Positions 31,113 to 41,224 of a DNA stretch of 64,000 nt are shown here, piece by piece. The position numbers and the translations under genes were made by a program. Origin of the DNA: Gammaproteobacteria bacterium (lineage in GTDB: Bacteria; Pseudomonadota; Gammaproteobacteria; CAJXQU01); contig CBDEGZ010000003.1 in the NCBI GenBank assembly GCA_965238175.1, forward strand, positions 896,001 through 960,000, given 5' to 3'. Within the stretch, counting starts at the first letter, position 1. Every line of letters starts with the position of its first letter. A model generated the notes under the pieces. The model ran no database searches, was not told the origin of the DNA, and worked only from the letters and a program-made list of their open reading frames with translations.

Positions 31113-34100
31113 ATGACGAAAATTATCAATAATATCGAGCCTTTGGTTCTTAACATCTCTGGGTTTGAGTACGCGGATCTTTATGATCCTTTGCGTCTTG
31201 AAGATCTTTCGGATCAATTTAATCGTAGCGTTGAAAAGCTTGATCCTGAGCTTGCTCGAGCATTTACAGAGTATCGAGATTGTCAGGGAGAAGGTATGTC
31301 GCCCCAGGCAATTTCTGAGCTGCTGGTTCGCATGGCACCATACGTGGGTACTTTTATCGCAAAGTTATTCAACATTGTCAGTGAACAAGCACAACAGAAG
31401 GCTGAAATTCTTGCAGATGTTGAGAGTATTTTTGTGCTTAAAAAGGAAGTCTTGGCTAAACTCGTCGCTAAATTCCGTGGTGAGGATTGTTCTGAATGGG
31501 ATATTGCAGATGTCAAAAATAATCTCGATCGTTTGACGGAAATCGCTTTCCCGGACACCTACGCAGCATATGTAAAAGATGGTGATCAAGAACGCGCAAT
31601 TGGACGTGTTGGTGCTGTTCTCGGCAAGCTTGCGAATCATTTCAAATTGATTGCTAAGGGTAAAGAAGGTGACTACGTTGGTGCTGATAAAGAGGTTTCG
31701 AGATTAAGAAATGTCGTTTTTTCCGATCAGATTTTTTCACGTGCAGCTGAACTTGATAATGACGCTGAATTTATAGATACGCTGTTGGAGGTAGTGCAGC
31801 GTTGGTGCTTTATCGCTCAAAATGATGAAGAATTAAAACAAGAAGTTGCCAGTTGGGTACTTTTTAAAACGCCGCATAAAACTGATTTTGATCATCTTGT
31901 TCATCATTTAACGATCGAAAAAGACGGTTACACCGTTTGGATGGGACCGGAGCAACGTCGCCGTCGCCGCGATGGGTTTGGCCTAACTGATCAGCGTTTC
32001 AACGAACGGCAAGCGCAATACGAAATTGATCATTGTATTTATTGTCATGATCGTGATACCGATTCTTGTTCGAAAGGTATGCGTAATAAAAAAACAGAGA
32101 TTTTCAAGGTCAATCCGCTTGGCGAAAATGTAACGGGTTGTCCGTTAGAAGAAAAGATTTCCGAGATGCATCTGGTGAAACAACAGGGCGATAATATTGG
32201 CGCGCTTGCATTGATCGTCATCGATAATCCTATGTGTCCAGGTACGGGACACAGGATTTGTAATGATTGCATGCGTGGTTGTATCTATCAGAAAACCGAA
32301 CCGGTGAATATTCCACAGATTGAAACCAGTGCGCTAACTGATGTTTTATTTATGCCGTGGGGTTTTGAGGTATACAGTTTATTAACACGTTGGAATCCAC
32401 TCAATGTTAAACGTCCCCAAATGCTTCCGTATAACGGTAAAAATGTCATGGTTGTTGGTATGGGGCCAGCGGGTTATACGCTTTCACATTACCTTTTGAA
32501 TGAAGGTTTTGGGGTGGTCGGCATTGATGGTTTGAAAATAGAACCATTACCCGAAGAGTTGACGGGAACGGCTGATCAAGCGCCAGTACCTATTCAGGAT
32601 TTTAACCAGATATATGAAGATCTGGACAAGCGAACTATGCTGGGTTTTGGTGGTGTAGCGGAATACGGTATTACCGTCCGCTGGGATAAAAATTTCCTCA
32701 AAGTTATCTATCTGAATTTGCTCAGGCAGCAGTCTTTCCGTTGTTACGGCGGTATTCGTTTTGGTGGCACATTGACGATTGATGATGCTTGGGATCTAGG
32801 TTTTGATCATATAGCAATCGCGAGTGGTGCTGGTAAACCAACTGTTATTGGGTTGAAAAATAATTTGATCCGCGGTATCCGTAAAGCTTCTGATTTTCTT
32901 ATGGCATTACAGCTTACCGGTGCTGCTAAAGAATCATCAATGGCGAACTTACAAGTACGTCTTCCAGCGGGGGTAATCGGTGGTGGATTAACCGGGATAG
33001 ATACGACGACAGAACTGATGGCCTATTATCCGGTACAGGTTGAGAAAGTCTTACATCGTTATGAAAAGTTAGTCGATATTTATGGAGAGAAAAAGGTTCG
33101 TGCGGGGTACGATGATGAAGAATTGATCATTCTCAACGAGTTTCTTGCACATGGGAAAGAGATCGCCGCTGAACGAACACGTGCCGAAGCCGTAAATGAA
33201 ACACCGGATTTTCAACCATTGGTTGAGAAATGGGGTGGGGCGACCATGTTCTATCGTAAAGGTATGGCGGATTCACCGGCGTATCGTCAAAATCACGAAG
33301 AGATTGCTGAAGCGTTGGACGAAGGAATTGAACTGGCTGAAGGAATGAGTCCGGTTGCTGCGCATGCGGATCAATATGATCATTTAAATGCTGTTACGTT
33401 TGATAAATTAGAGCAACAAGACGGTAAGTGGGTCAATACGGGTAGACAGGTTGATATACCACTCAAAAGTCTGTTTGTTGCGGCGGGCACTTCGCCAAAT
33501 ACGATCTATCAGGAAGAGTTTCCGGATACCTTTAAAATGGACTGGAAGTTTTATCAACGTCATGAACCACAATGGGTCAAAGACAATCCTGATTTGACGC
33601 CAATGGACGATGAGACAAATCCGAAGATAGGCAAACCGGCGCCGTTTACTTCATATCATAAACGCGGACGTTACATTACTTTTTATGGCGACAACCATCC
33701 CGTCTATGCCGGTAATGTTGTAAAAGCAATGGCCAGCGCAAAAGATGGATACTCTTATGTTGTGAAATTATTTGCGGATCAAATTTCAAATCTAGATCCT
33801 GCAGATCAGGCAGAACGAGATGAAAAGTTAACTGCTTTACAGAGTCGATTGGATGACGCGTTTGTTGCAACGGTTGTTGAAGTAAATAGATTAACGCCGA
33901 CGATTATAGAAGTGATCGTTAAAGCACCAATGCAGGCAGAAAAGTTTGAGCCTGGTCAATTTTATCGAGTACAAAATCTTGAAGTATTTGCCCCAGTGGT
34001 AGAAGGAACGGTTCTAGCAACAGAAGGTTTGGCTTTAACTGGTGCATGGGTTGATCGTGACAAAGGTTTGATCTCATTGATTACACTGGAAATGGGTAGT

Positions 34101-34829
34101 TCATCGAGACTTTGTGCATTATGGAAACCAGGCGAACAACTCGTTGTAATGGGCGTCACTGGTGCGCCGACGGAGATATCTGGCAACGAAACGGTTGTGC
34201 TTGTTGGTGGTGGTTTAGGAAATGCTGTATTGTTTTCCATTGGAAAAGCATTACGTGCAGCTGGCAATAAAGTGATCTATTTTGCTGGTTATAAATACAA
34301 TCAGGATGTTTTCAGGGTTGAGGATATTGAAGCCGCTTCAGATGTGATTATCTGGTCGGTGGATAAAGCGGAAGGTGTCGAAGCCATTCCAACAACACGA
34401 TCCCAAGATAAATCGTTTGTTGGGAATATTATCGAAGCGATGATCGCCTATGGTTCGGGTGAGCTAGGTGATAACCTCCTTTCATTGGAAGAAATGGATC
34501 GCATGATCGTAATTGGATCTGATCGCATGATGAGTGCGGTCAAAGATGCGCGTTCAGGCATACTCGCACCCTATATCAAACAGGATCATGAAGCTGTTGG
34601 TTCTATAAACTCACCGATGCAATGCATGATGAAGGGTGTATGTGCCCAATGTATGTGTAAACATGTTGATCCAGAAACGGGTGAAGAGAGCTTTGTGTAC
34701 TCTTGCTATAATCAGGATCAAGATCTAAATAAGGTTGATTTTGTTAATCTGAATGCGCGTTTGCGACAAAATTCTGTACAGGAAAAGCTTTCTAATCTTT
34801 GGTTAGATCACCTTTTTGAGAGTATGTAA
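31113..34829 (+). CDS. Fused FAD/Fe-S oxidoreductase (GltD/NfnB-like N-part plus PyrK/NfnA-like FNR C-part)
   Basis: CIYCH..C..CP and CPGTGHRICNDC..GC clusters; GMGPAG; GGGLTG; GGGLGNA; C-terminal MQCMMKGVCAQC 2Fe-2S motif. Confidence 0.82.
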   Translation: MTKIINNIEPLVLNISGFEYADLYDPLRLEDLSDQFNRSVEKLDPELARAFTEYRDCQGEGMSPQAISELLVRMAPYVGTFIAKLFNIVSEQAQQKAEILADVESIFVLKKEVLAKLVAKFRGEDCSEWDIADVKNNLDRLTEIAFPDTYAAYVKDGDQERAIGRVGAVLGKLANHFKLIAKGKEGDYVGADKEVSRLRNVVFSDQIFSRAAELDNDAEFIDTLLEVVQRWCFIAQNDEELKQEVASWVLFKTPHKTDFDHLVHHLTIEKDGYTVWMGPEQRRRRRDGFGLTDQRFNERQAQYEIDHCIYCHDRDTDSCSKGMRNKKTEIFKVNPLGENVTGCPLEEKISEMHLVKQQGDNIGALALIVIDNPMCPGTGHRICNDCMRGCIYQKTEPVNIPQIETSALTDVLFMPWGFEVYSLLTRWNPLNVKRPQMLPYNGKNVMVVGMGPAGYTLSHYLLNEGFGVVGIDGLKIEPLPEELTGTADQAPVPIQDFNQIYEDLDKRTMLGFGGVAEYGITVRWDKNFLKVIYLNLLRQQSFRCYGGIRFGGTLTIDDAWDLGFDHIAIASGAGKPTVIGLKNNLIRGIRKASDFLMALQLTGAAKESSMANLQVRLPAGVIGGGLTGIDTTTELMAYYPVQVEKVLHRYEKLVDIYGEKKVRAGYDDEELIILNEFLAHGKEIAAERTRAEAVNETPDFQPLVEKWGGATMFYRKGMADSPAYRQNHEEIAEALDEGIELAEGMSPVAAHADQYDHLNAVTFDKLEQQDGKWVNTGRQVDIPLKSLFVAAGTSPNTIYQEEFPDTFKMDWKFYQRHEPQWVKDNPDLTPMDDETNPKIGKPAPFTSYHKRGRYITFYGDNHPVYAGNVVKAMASAKDGYSYVVKLFADQISNLDPADQAERDEKLTALQSRLDDAFVATVVEVNRLTPTIIEVIVKAPMQAEKFEPGQFYRVQNLEVFAPVVEGTVLATEGLALTGAWVDRDKGLISLITLEMGSSSRLCALWKPGEQLVVMGVTGAPTEISGNETVVLVGGGLGNAVLFSIGKALRAAGNKVIYFAGYKYNQDVFRVEDIEAASDVIIWSVDKAEGVEAIPTTRSQDKSFVGNIIEAMIAYGSGELGDNLLSLEEMDRMIVIGSDRMMSAVKDARSGILAPYIKQDHEAVGSINSPMQCMMKGVCAQCMCKHVDPETGEESFVYSCYNQDQDLNKVDFVNLNARLRQNSVQEKLSNLWLDHLFESM

Positions 34830-34861
34830 CTACTGCTCCTTGTTATTGGGTTGGTTTTGTT

Positions 34862-35092
34862 TTAAACGCCAGCCCATTTCAGGACGAGTTTTACCAGTAG
34901 TATGATGTGTAATATGCTGAAAATAGTGACAACAATTCCGACAATAATAAATTGGTGTAGCTTGCCATATTTAAATTGACGTTCTCTTTTCTCTTCGCTT
35001 TGTATGCCGATAAACATTGCAAAAACACCTTGGAAAACTTCCCATAATGAGAGAGTTTCTTCCTCTTCTTTCTGGTCTTCAATATTGTTCAT
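34862..35092 (-). CDS. DUF2970-like small membrane protein
   Basis: SLWEVFQGVFAMFIGIQSEEKRERQF pattern; typical cox-cluster neighbour. Confidence 0.7.
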   Translation of the reverse strand: MNNIEDQKEEEETLSLWEVFQGVFAMFIGIQSEEKRERQFKYGKLHQFIIVGIVVTIFSILHIILLVKLVLKWAGV

Positions 35093-35191
35093 TTAACATC
35101 GCTCACTTGTTATTCATTATAGATTTTTATAGCATTCTATTTCAGATTTATTCAGATCAAAATCAGTATTGGCCGTAATTTTGGTTAAGAA

Positions 35192-36412
35192 CTATTGACT
35201 AAGATTAAGCAGCTCTTCAGCAATTTGTTTTCTTAAATTATATTTGGCTGCTTGATTGATCATAATAACGAACGGTTCCCATTTGTTATTTTTTCTTAAA
35301 TATCCAGCGTAGGTGCTGACTCCATTTAAGGTCCCACTTTTGGCCAGAATATGATTATTTTGTTGGCTGAGTAATTGTTTGTAGGGAGCAAACTGTTTGA
35401 GAACGTCGATCAGTTGTCGAGCACTTAAACGATTGCCTCGAGAAAGCCCCGAACCTTCGAGGATAATTTGATCTTTCCAATTGAATAATGCGTAAATTTT
35501 TTGATCAATAGTAGAACGAGATTTTGCCATACTAGCAGGCGCACCTTTGGCTTCTACGCCAAGCAATAAAAATAATTGGTTGGCGATAAAGTTATTTGAA
35601 TATTTCAGCATTGCAGAAATTATCGTACTCAGGTCATGACTATTTTTGTGGCGATAATAAGGAGTTTGCGAATTGGGTAGTTTTTCTTCTTTTAATATAT
35701 CTCCAACTTCAATGTCAGATGCTTGTAATTTCATAGAGAATATTTGTGCGAAGTTGAGTGAACTGTATTCTTGTTTACCCAGATTAATTCGATGTTTCCC
35801 CTTTGGTAATTTGCCGGATAGATATTTCATTAAAGGTGTCAGGGGAGTTTGTGATTCTGCACTTCGCAGGCCATTTTCATCACGAATAACATTGAAGGTA
35901 TTAAAGTTTGCTGCAAGCGCACTTAAAGAAGCATCATACGGATTATCAGTTTGAGATTGTCCATCCACCTTTATATCATCTGAAAAATAGTTGTCATCAA
36001 TTCCGATCCCGGCGATTTTTTTTAAACCTTTCTTTTTCAAAGCAGTAACGATCAGATTTAATTCTTCCGAGATCAAAAATGGATCACCATAGCCCTTAAG
36101 CCATAAAATATTATTTTTATCTAAATAAAAATCGGTAATGAATTTATGATCTGATCCCCATGTTTGGAGTGCGAACAAAGCGGTTAACAGTTTTAAGGTC
36201 GACGCTGGAATAAGTGGAAGCTCGGGTCGTATGGCTTTGTCTGGATTGTCAGCAGATCCTGTGATCAAGCTTGCTTGATCCATATTCAGGATTTGTTCTA
36301 AGCCTTGTGTATTAGAACTTTCTTTACAATCGCCATAAGCAGAAAAGGCGAGAAGGATGAAGCATAAAAGAAGTAAACGCCAGCTGTCGGTCGTGGATCC
36401 AACAACTGGCAT
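35192..36412 (-). CDS. dacB: D-Ala-D-Ala carboxypeptidase/endopeptidase (PBP4, S13)
   Basis: PASTLK (SxxK), SNN and KSG motifs; GSGLSRGN. Confidence 0.88.
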   Translation of the reverse strand: MPVVGSTTDSWRLLLLCFILLAFSAYGDCKESSNTQGLEQILNMDQASLITGSADNPDKAIRPELPLIPASTLKLLTALFALQTWGSDHKFITDFYLDKNNILWLKGYGDPFLISEELNLIVTALKKKGLKKIAGIGIDDNYFSDDIKVDGQSQTDNPYDASLSALAANFNTFNVIRDENGLRSAESQTPLTPLMKYLSGKLPKGKHRINLGKQEYSSLNFAQIFSMKLQASDIEVGDILKEEKLPNSQTPYYRHKNSHDLSTIISAMLKYSNNFIANQLFLLLGVEAKGAPASMAKSRSTIDQKIYALFNWKDQIILEGSGLSRGNRLSARQLIDVLKQFAPYKQLLSQQNNHILAKSGTLNGVSTYAGYLRKNNKWEPFVIMINQAAKYNLRKQIAEELLNLSQ

Positions 36413-36442
36413 AAGATTTATTTTGATAGTTTGGGTTGAGAG

Positions 36443-36625
36443 TTAACTAAACAATTCTTTTATTGTTGTAACGATAATATCGGATGATTGACCTATGTTT
36501 AATGGAGCGGTTGTGTTGCTCCCATATTTGCCACCCAGAAAGTAGAAAACAACCATTAAAATTGTGATAGCAATAACTACAAGGGTAAACAGGGTGAAAA
36601 ACTTCTTATCGCTTTCTTTACTCAT
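36443..36625 (-). CDS. Small single-TM membrane protein
   Basis: 60 aa with one TM helix; GAGG RBS upstream. Confidence 0.55.
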   Translation of the reverse strand: MSKESDKKFFTLFTLVVIAITILMVVFYFLGGKYGSNTTAPLNIGQSSDIIVTTIKELFS

Positions 36626-36721
36626 GACGGATTATCCTCTTTTAGATATTTACTGTTGTTACTGATTTTTATTATATTTAATAGATTAATTTTTATTTGT
36701 TCTGGCAATTATACTCTGACA

Positions 36722-37642
36722 CTAGTCAAAAAACATTCCAAGGTCTAGTTTGATGTAATGATCAATTAACAATGCTGCGAAGATTACCGTCAAATAAATG
36801 AGTGAATATTTGAAGGTTTCCATTGCTAACTTATCGGAGTCTGACGAATATAATCTGATCGCATAACGCAAAAAGATAACGCCTGTTATAACGGCAGTAA
36901 TCAAATACAGTAAGCCACTCATGTAGGTGAGGTAAGGCAGTAGACTTACGATGAATAATAAAATCGTATAAAGCAATATGTGCAGCCGTGTGAATTCAAC
37001 ACCATGTGTTACAGGCAGCATGGGGATATCAACTTTTGCGTATTCTTTTCTACGATAAATTGCCAGAGCCCAAAAGTGCGGTGGCGTCCAGGCAAAAATG
37101 ATCAGAAAAAGTAGTAAGGAATTAGGATCCAGTGTTCCAGTAACGGCTGTCCAACCTAGTACTGGCGGTGCAGCACCGGCTGCGCCACCAATGACGATAT
37201 TCATCGGCGTTGCGCGCTTCAAGTACATTGAATATATAATGCCGTAGCCTATTAATGAAATGAGCGTTAAAATTGCGGTGAGAGGGTTGACTAGAAAGGT
37301 CAAAATTAACATGGCTATTGCGCCGATGATGGCAGCAAAGATGATCGCGTTCTGAGGTGACATATTTCCTTCTGGTAATGGGCGACGCTTAGTTCTCGCC
37401 ATTTCGGAATCTATTTTTTCGTCAACCACATGGTTGATTGCAGCGGCAGAAGCCGATGCTAAACCTATTCCGATTATGCCAAAGATGAGCGGTTGCCAAG
37501 GCACCATGCCTGGTACAGCAAGAAACATCCCGACAATTGCGGTGAATACGATCAGCGCTACAACTTTTAATTTACATAGGCCGAGATAATCTTTCAGTGA
37601 AGGTGTCGAGGAAACGATCGGCGTATTAATGGATTGACTCAT
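36722..37642 (-). CDS. cyoE: Protoheme IX farnesyltransferase (heme o synthase)
   Basis: DEKIDSEMARTKRRPLP; WTPPHFWALA. Confidence 0.95.
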   Translation of the reverse strand: MSQSINTPIVSSTPSLKDYLGLCKLKVVALIVFTAIVGMFLAVPGMVPWQPLIFGIIGIGLASASAAAINHVVDEKIDSEMARTKRRPLPEGNMSPQNAIIFAAIIGAIAMLILTFLVNPLTAILTLISLIGYGIIYSMYLKRATPMNIVIGGAAGAAPPVLGWTAVTGTLDPNSLLLFLIIFAWTPPHFWALAIYRRKEYAKVDIPMLPVTHGVEFTRLHILLYTILLFIVSLLPYLTYMSGLLYLITAVITGVIFLRYAIRLYSSDSDKLAMETFKYSLIYLTVIFAALLIDHYIKLDLGMFFD

Positions 37643-37813
37643 ATCTATTATATTATCTTAATGATTATGTGGTTAGATTTGATCCGGACGCTGAGCTATA
37701 TGACCGTTTACGGCGCTAAGCAACTTATTTGAGCGTCCTTACTCACTGGTTTTTATTAGTTAGGCATAGACTATATCAGCAACTTATTCTTTGCTTCAAG
37801 GTTTTCGTTATGG

Positions 37814-37981
37814 TAAAGGAGCCTCTAATGTGTCATGAATGATCGGTTTGGATCAAAATAGTCAATCTCACTCAGCGTTACAAAACTGAGCAATAGAACC
37901 ACTATTGCTTGCATTTCGCGTCTTGAGTTTGAATATTTTGATTCTTAACCTGTTTTGCCCAGACGTATCAGAGATTCCTTA
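37814..37981. repeat. Possible MITE-like element
   Basis: Imperfect ends TAAAGGAGCCTCTAAT / TATCAGAGATTCCTTA; central hairpin AGCAATAG-N5-CTATTGCT; right end overlaps a TAA stop. Confidence 0.35.
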
Positions 37982-38590
37982 GATCCTTGAAACACGGAAT
38001 ATCTTAGTTAGATCCTTGATAATATCTCCTGGATTTTGATCAACTGAATAGCTCATCATCAAGTTTCCGAGTGGATCAATTATGTATAGTCTTCCACTGT
38101 CGTAGGGATCTTCGGCTTCGTCAATTTTAAATGCATTTATAAATTCAGCAGAAACATTATCCGCTTTGATGATCAGCTGACCTTGAAAATCTTTTAATGA
38201 CTCCTTCATTTTTACAGTATCGGTAATTTCTTTTACAACTAAAACCCGTTTAACCCGATCATAATGCTTACCTATTGCTAAGCGTATTTGACGCATGCGA
38301 TAGACATTGCTGATACATTTTTCGTCACAGTCTGTCTTTGTGAAAGTTAACAGACTCCAGCGTTTGTGCAGCTTTATTTCTTCTTCAGGCTTATGTGGGT
38401 CAAGTAAATCAACATTTTCGAGTGTTATCACTGGCTGGATCAATTGGCCCTTGCTTGCTGCGCCGCCATCACGTCCTAGATCGGTATATTTGTAGAGTAT
38501 TTGTGATCCGATAAATGGCGTGAGGAAGATGACAAAGAGAAGGATCAGTGTCAGCCTGGATTTAAGTTTTTGCGATTTTTCAGTCGTCAT
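37979..38590 (-). CDS. Cytochrome oxidase assembly-associated membrane protein (SCO/thioredoxin-like)
   Basis: N-terminal TM, CDEKC and LYIIDPLGNLMMSY; conserved cox-cluster position. Confidence 0.75.
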   Translation of the reverse strand: MTTEKSQKLKSRLTLILLFVIFLTPFIGSQILYKYTDLGRDGGAASKGQLIQPVITLENVDLLDPHKPEEEIKLHKRWSLLTFTKTDCDEKCISNVYRMRQIRLAIGKHYDRVKRVLVVKEITDTVKMKESLKDFQGQLIIKADNVSAEFINAFKIDEAEDPYDSGRLYIIDPLGNLMMSYSVDQNPGDIIKDLTKIFRVSRI

Positions 38591-39326
38591 TGCGTCCCTT
38601 TTTTATATTTATTGTAAGATAAATGATGATAAGTGCAGCGGTCATTGCAAACCATTGGAAGGCATAACCGTAATGTTTTTCAGCGCCAAAACCGGGTAAG
38701 ACCCAGTCTCGGAGATAACCTTGAGGACTTTCTTTGTCGAGTCTTACTATGTAGGGCAAGAGATTCTGTCCAGTGGTTGATGCCACATTTTTAATATCAA
38801 TTTGTTGGACTCTTGAGATACCATTCTCCAGGTTTTCTACTAGATCGTCGCTGAGTTTAATACCCGAAAAAGGTGTTTTCTTGGCAGCACCTGAGATTGT
38901 GATCAGTTCAGTAGAAAGATCGTCAATTTTGGGCAGAATACGTCGATCGGGATCCGCCGGGATCCAACCTCGGTTGACCAAAATATGTGTGGGCTCATTC
39001 TCAAGTTTAAACGGTGTAAATACGAGGTAACCTGTCTTGAAGTTCATCGGCTGATTATCAAGCAAAAACTGGTGCTCAGCCTCGAAAGTTCCACGGACGA
39101 TGACTTTCTTCCATTGCATAAGAGTTGGATCGAGTCGATCTGAGGATTTTTCATTAAGATCAAAAGGCACACCGTAATAATTAGTTTCGAAATCTTTCTT
39201 TACTTGTTCTTTTTCTGCAGCTCTATCTAATTGCCAATTGCCCAATGAAAGTAACAGCGGAAGGCACAACAGTGTAGCGAGGCTGGGCCATAAAGATGGC
39301 TGAAAATTCCAGATTCCAATTTGCAT
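38580..39326 (-). CDS. SURF1/Shy1 family protein
   Basis: LGNWQLDRA, LVNRGW and HYGYAFQWF. Confidence 0.93.
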   Translation of the reverse strand: MQIGIWNFQPSLWPSLATLLCLPLLLSLGNWQLDRAAEKEQVKKDFETNYYGVPFDLNEKSSDRLDPTLMQWKKVIVRGTFEAEHQFLLDNQPMNFKTGYLVFTPFKLENEPTHILVNRGWIPADPDRRILPKIDDLSTELITISGAAKKTPFSGIKLSDDLVENLENGISRVQQIDIKNVASTTGQNLLPYIVRLDKESPQGYLRDWVLPGFGAEKHYGYAFQWFAMTAALIIIYLTINIKKGRNDD

Positions 39327-39424
39327 TCTAATAGTGTGGCCGGCTACCAATTAAATGATCGTAATGTTATGGTCGCGATAATACCTCAAATTGAAACCAA
39401 TGTGCTCTTGGAGCCCAATTAGAT

Positions 39425-39694
39425 ATGTCGATAAGCGAAATTTACAAACTTATTATTTTGATCGTTTTTATTGGCATATTGCTTTCTCTTGCTTCAAGTG
39501 CTTTCTTTTTAACTAAGGAACAAGGCAAGGCCAACAGGATGGTCCAGTCATTGACGGTGAGAGTTATACTCTCTGTGACACTTTTTTGTATGTTGATTTT
39601 TGGATATTTCACCGGTTTGCTTAAGCCACATGGTTTAATGTTACCAGCAAAAAAATCTCTGCAAGAGCATGTGCAAGATTACAACTCGCAATAA
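39425..39694 (+). CDS. Twin-transmembrane small protein (DUF2909-like)
   Basis: Two TM helices; SLTVRVILSV...GLLKPH. Confidence 0.75.
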   Translation: MSISEIYKLIILIVFIGILLSLASSAFFLTKEQGKANRMVQSLTVRVILSVTLFCMLIFGYFTGLLKPHGLMLPAKKSLQEHVQDYNSQ

Positions 39695-40006
39695 TACCTA
39701 TTAGGTTCAACTAGAGACCTCTGGTTTTTGGTGAAATATGTTGAGAATAAATATCGAGAGATTAATTAGTTAGTAGAAGACAGAGGCTTTATTGCATATG
39801 TGCAATATTAAACAAAGCAATTTCTTGCTTTGTTTAATCTACTTTTTTAGGTAGTATTGCGTTCTTACAATAATAACCACGTTAATCAAGTGGTAATGTT
39901 TAAAGATGGCAAATTGTCGAGGGGCATAGTTGTTGTTGAATATCACATATAAAATCAATAATTCAAGAATTCATATATTAAATAATCTGGTGTTGAGGGA
40001 AGTTTT

Positions 40007-41161
40007 ATGACTAAGCCGCTAATTTCTATGCTGCGAACTTTTTATCTGATCGTTGTTTCATCATTAACTTCCATGCTTTTAGTAAGTCCTGCTCGGGCTG
40101 ACTGGGCACTGAATCTGACTCAAGGTGTTACACCTATTAGTCATCAGGTTTATGACCTGCATATGCAAATTTTATGGATAGTGACCATTGTCGGCATTGT
40201 TGTTTTTGCAGTGATGTTCTGGTCAATATTCATGCACCGTAAGGATAAGGGTGTCGTTCCTGCAACATTCCATCACAGCACATCATTGGAGCTGTTGTGG
40301 ACTGCCATTCCTATCGCTATTTTGGTTGTCATCGCAATACCTGCAACCAAAACATTAATTGCAATGGAAACTACAGCTGATGCTGATATCACGATTAAAG
40401 TGACAGGCTATCAATGGAAGTGGAAATATGACTATATGGGAGAGGATCTGAGTTTCTTCAGCTCATTAGATGCGGAGAGTCGTGCTATTGCAGACAATAA
40501 TAGTGATAACGCTCCAGAAGATATCGAGCATTATCTACTAGACGTTGATAACCCAATTGTTTTACCAATCAAAACGAAAATCAGGATTCTTACAACCGCT
40601 GCTGATGTAATACATGCATGGTGGGTGCCGGCTTTAGGTTGGAAACGTGATGCTATTCCAGGATTTATAAATGATAACTGGACATATATTGAAGAGCCTG
40701 GTGTATATCGAGGACAGTGTGCAGAATTGTGTGGTAAAGATCACGGATATATGCCGATTGTTGTCAGGGCAGTGCCTGAAGCGGAATACGATGCCTGGAT
40801 TACAGAAACGAAGCAGAAAATAGCCAAAGCATCTTCTGGCGCAGATCGAGAGTGGACGATGGACGAGTTAATGGCCAGAGGTGAAGAAGTTTATGGAGCG
40901 AATTGCGCTGCTTGTCACCAGGCTAATGGTAAGGGCCTTCCGGGTGCATTTCCTGCGATAGATGGAAGTGCCATCGCAATAGGCGCTGTGGCGGATCACA
41001 TTGATATTGTTATGAATGGTAAAGCTGGTACAGCAATGGCGGCTTATGGCCCGCAATTGAATGATATAGATATTGCCGCAGTTGTGACCTACGAAAGAAA
41101 TGCATGGGGCAATAAGGCAGGTGATCTGGTACAGCCTTCGGCAATTAAAGATGCTCGGTAG
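40007..41161 (+). CDS. coxB: Cytochrome c oxidase subunit II with fused cytochrome c
   Basis: CuA motif CAELCGKDHGYM; heme c motif CAACH. Confidence 0.96.
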   Translation: MTKPLISMLRTFYLIVVSSLTSMLLVSPARADWALNLTQGVTPISHQVYDLHMQILWIVTIVGIVVFAVMFWSIFMHRKDKGVVPATFHHSTSLELLWTAIPIAILVVIAIPATKTLIAMETTADADITIKVTGYQWKWKYDYMGEDLSFFSSLDAESRAIADNNSDNAPEDIEHYLLDVDNPIVLPIKTKIRILTTAADVIHAWWVPALGWKRDAIPGFINDNWTYIEEPGVYRGQCAELCGKDHGYMPIVVRAVPEAEYDAWITETKQKIAKASSGADREWTMDELMARGEEVYGANCAACHQANGKGLPGAFPAIDGSAIAIGAVADHIDIVMNGKAGTAMAAYGPQLNDIDIAAVVTYERNAWGNKAGDLVQPSAIKDAR

Positions 41162-41224
41162 CTAGTAAATAACTTAAGGTCTGAAAGTTACTAATAGTAA
41201 AAAATTTATTTAGAGGATATAACG

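Noticed and set aside
39790-39920. Palindromes upstream of coxB as FNR or RegA sites
   Set aside because: Matches are too weak to assign a regulator.
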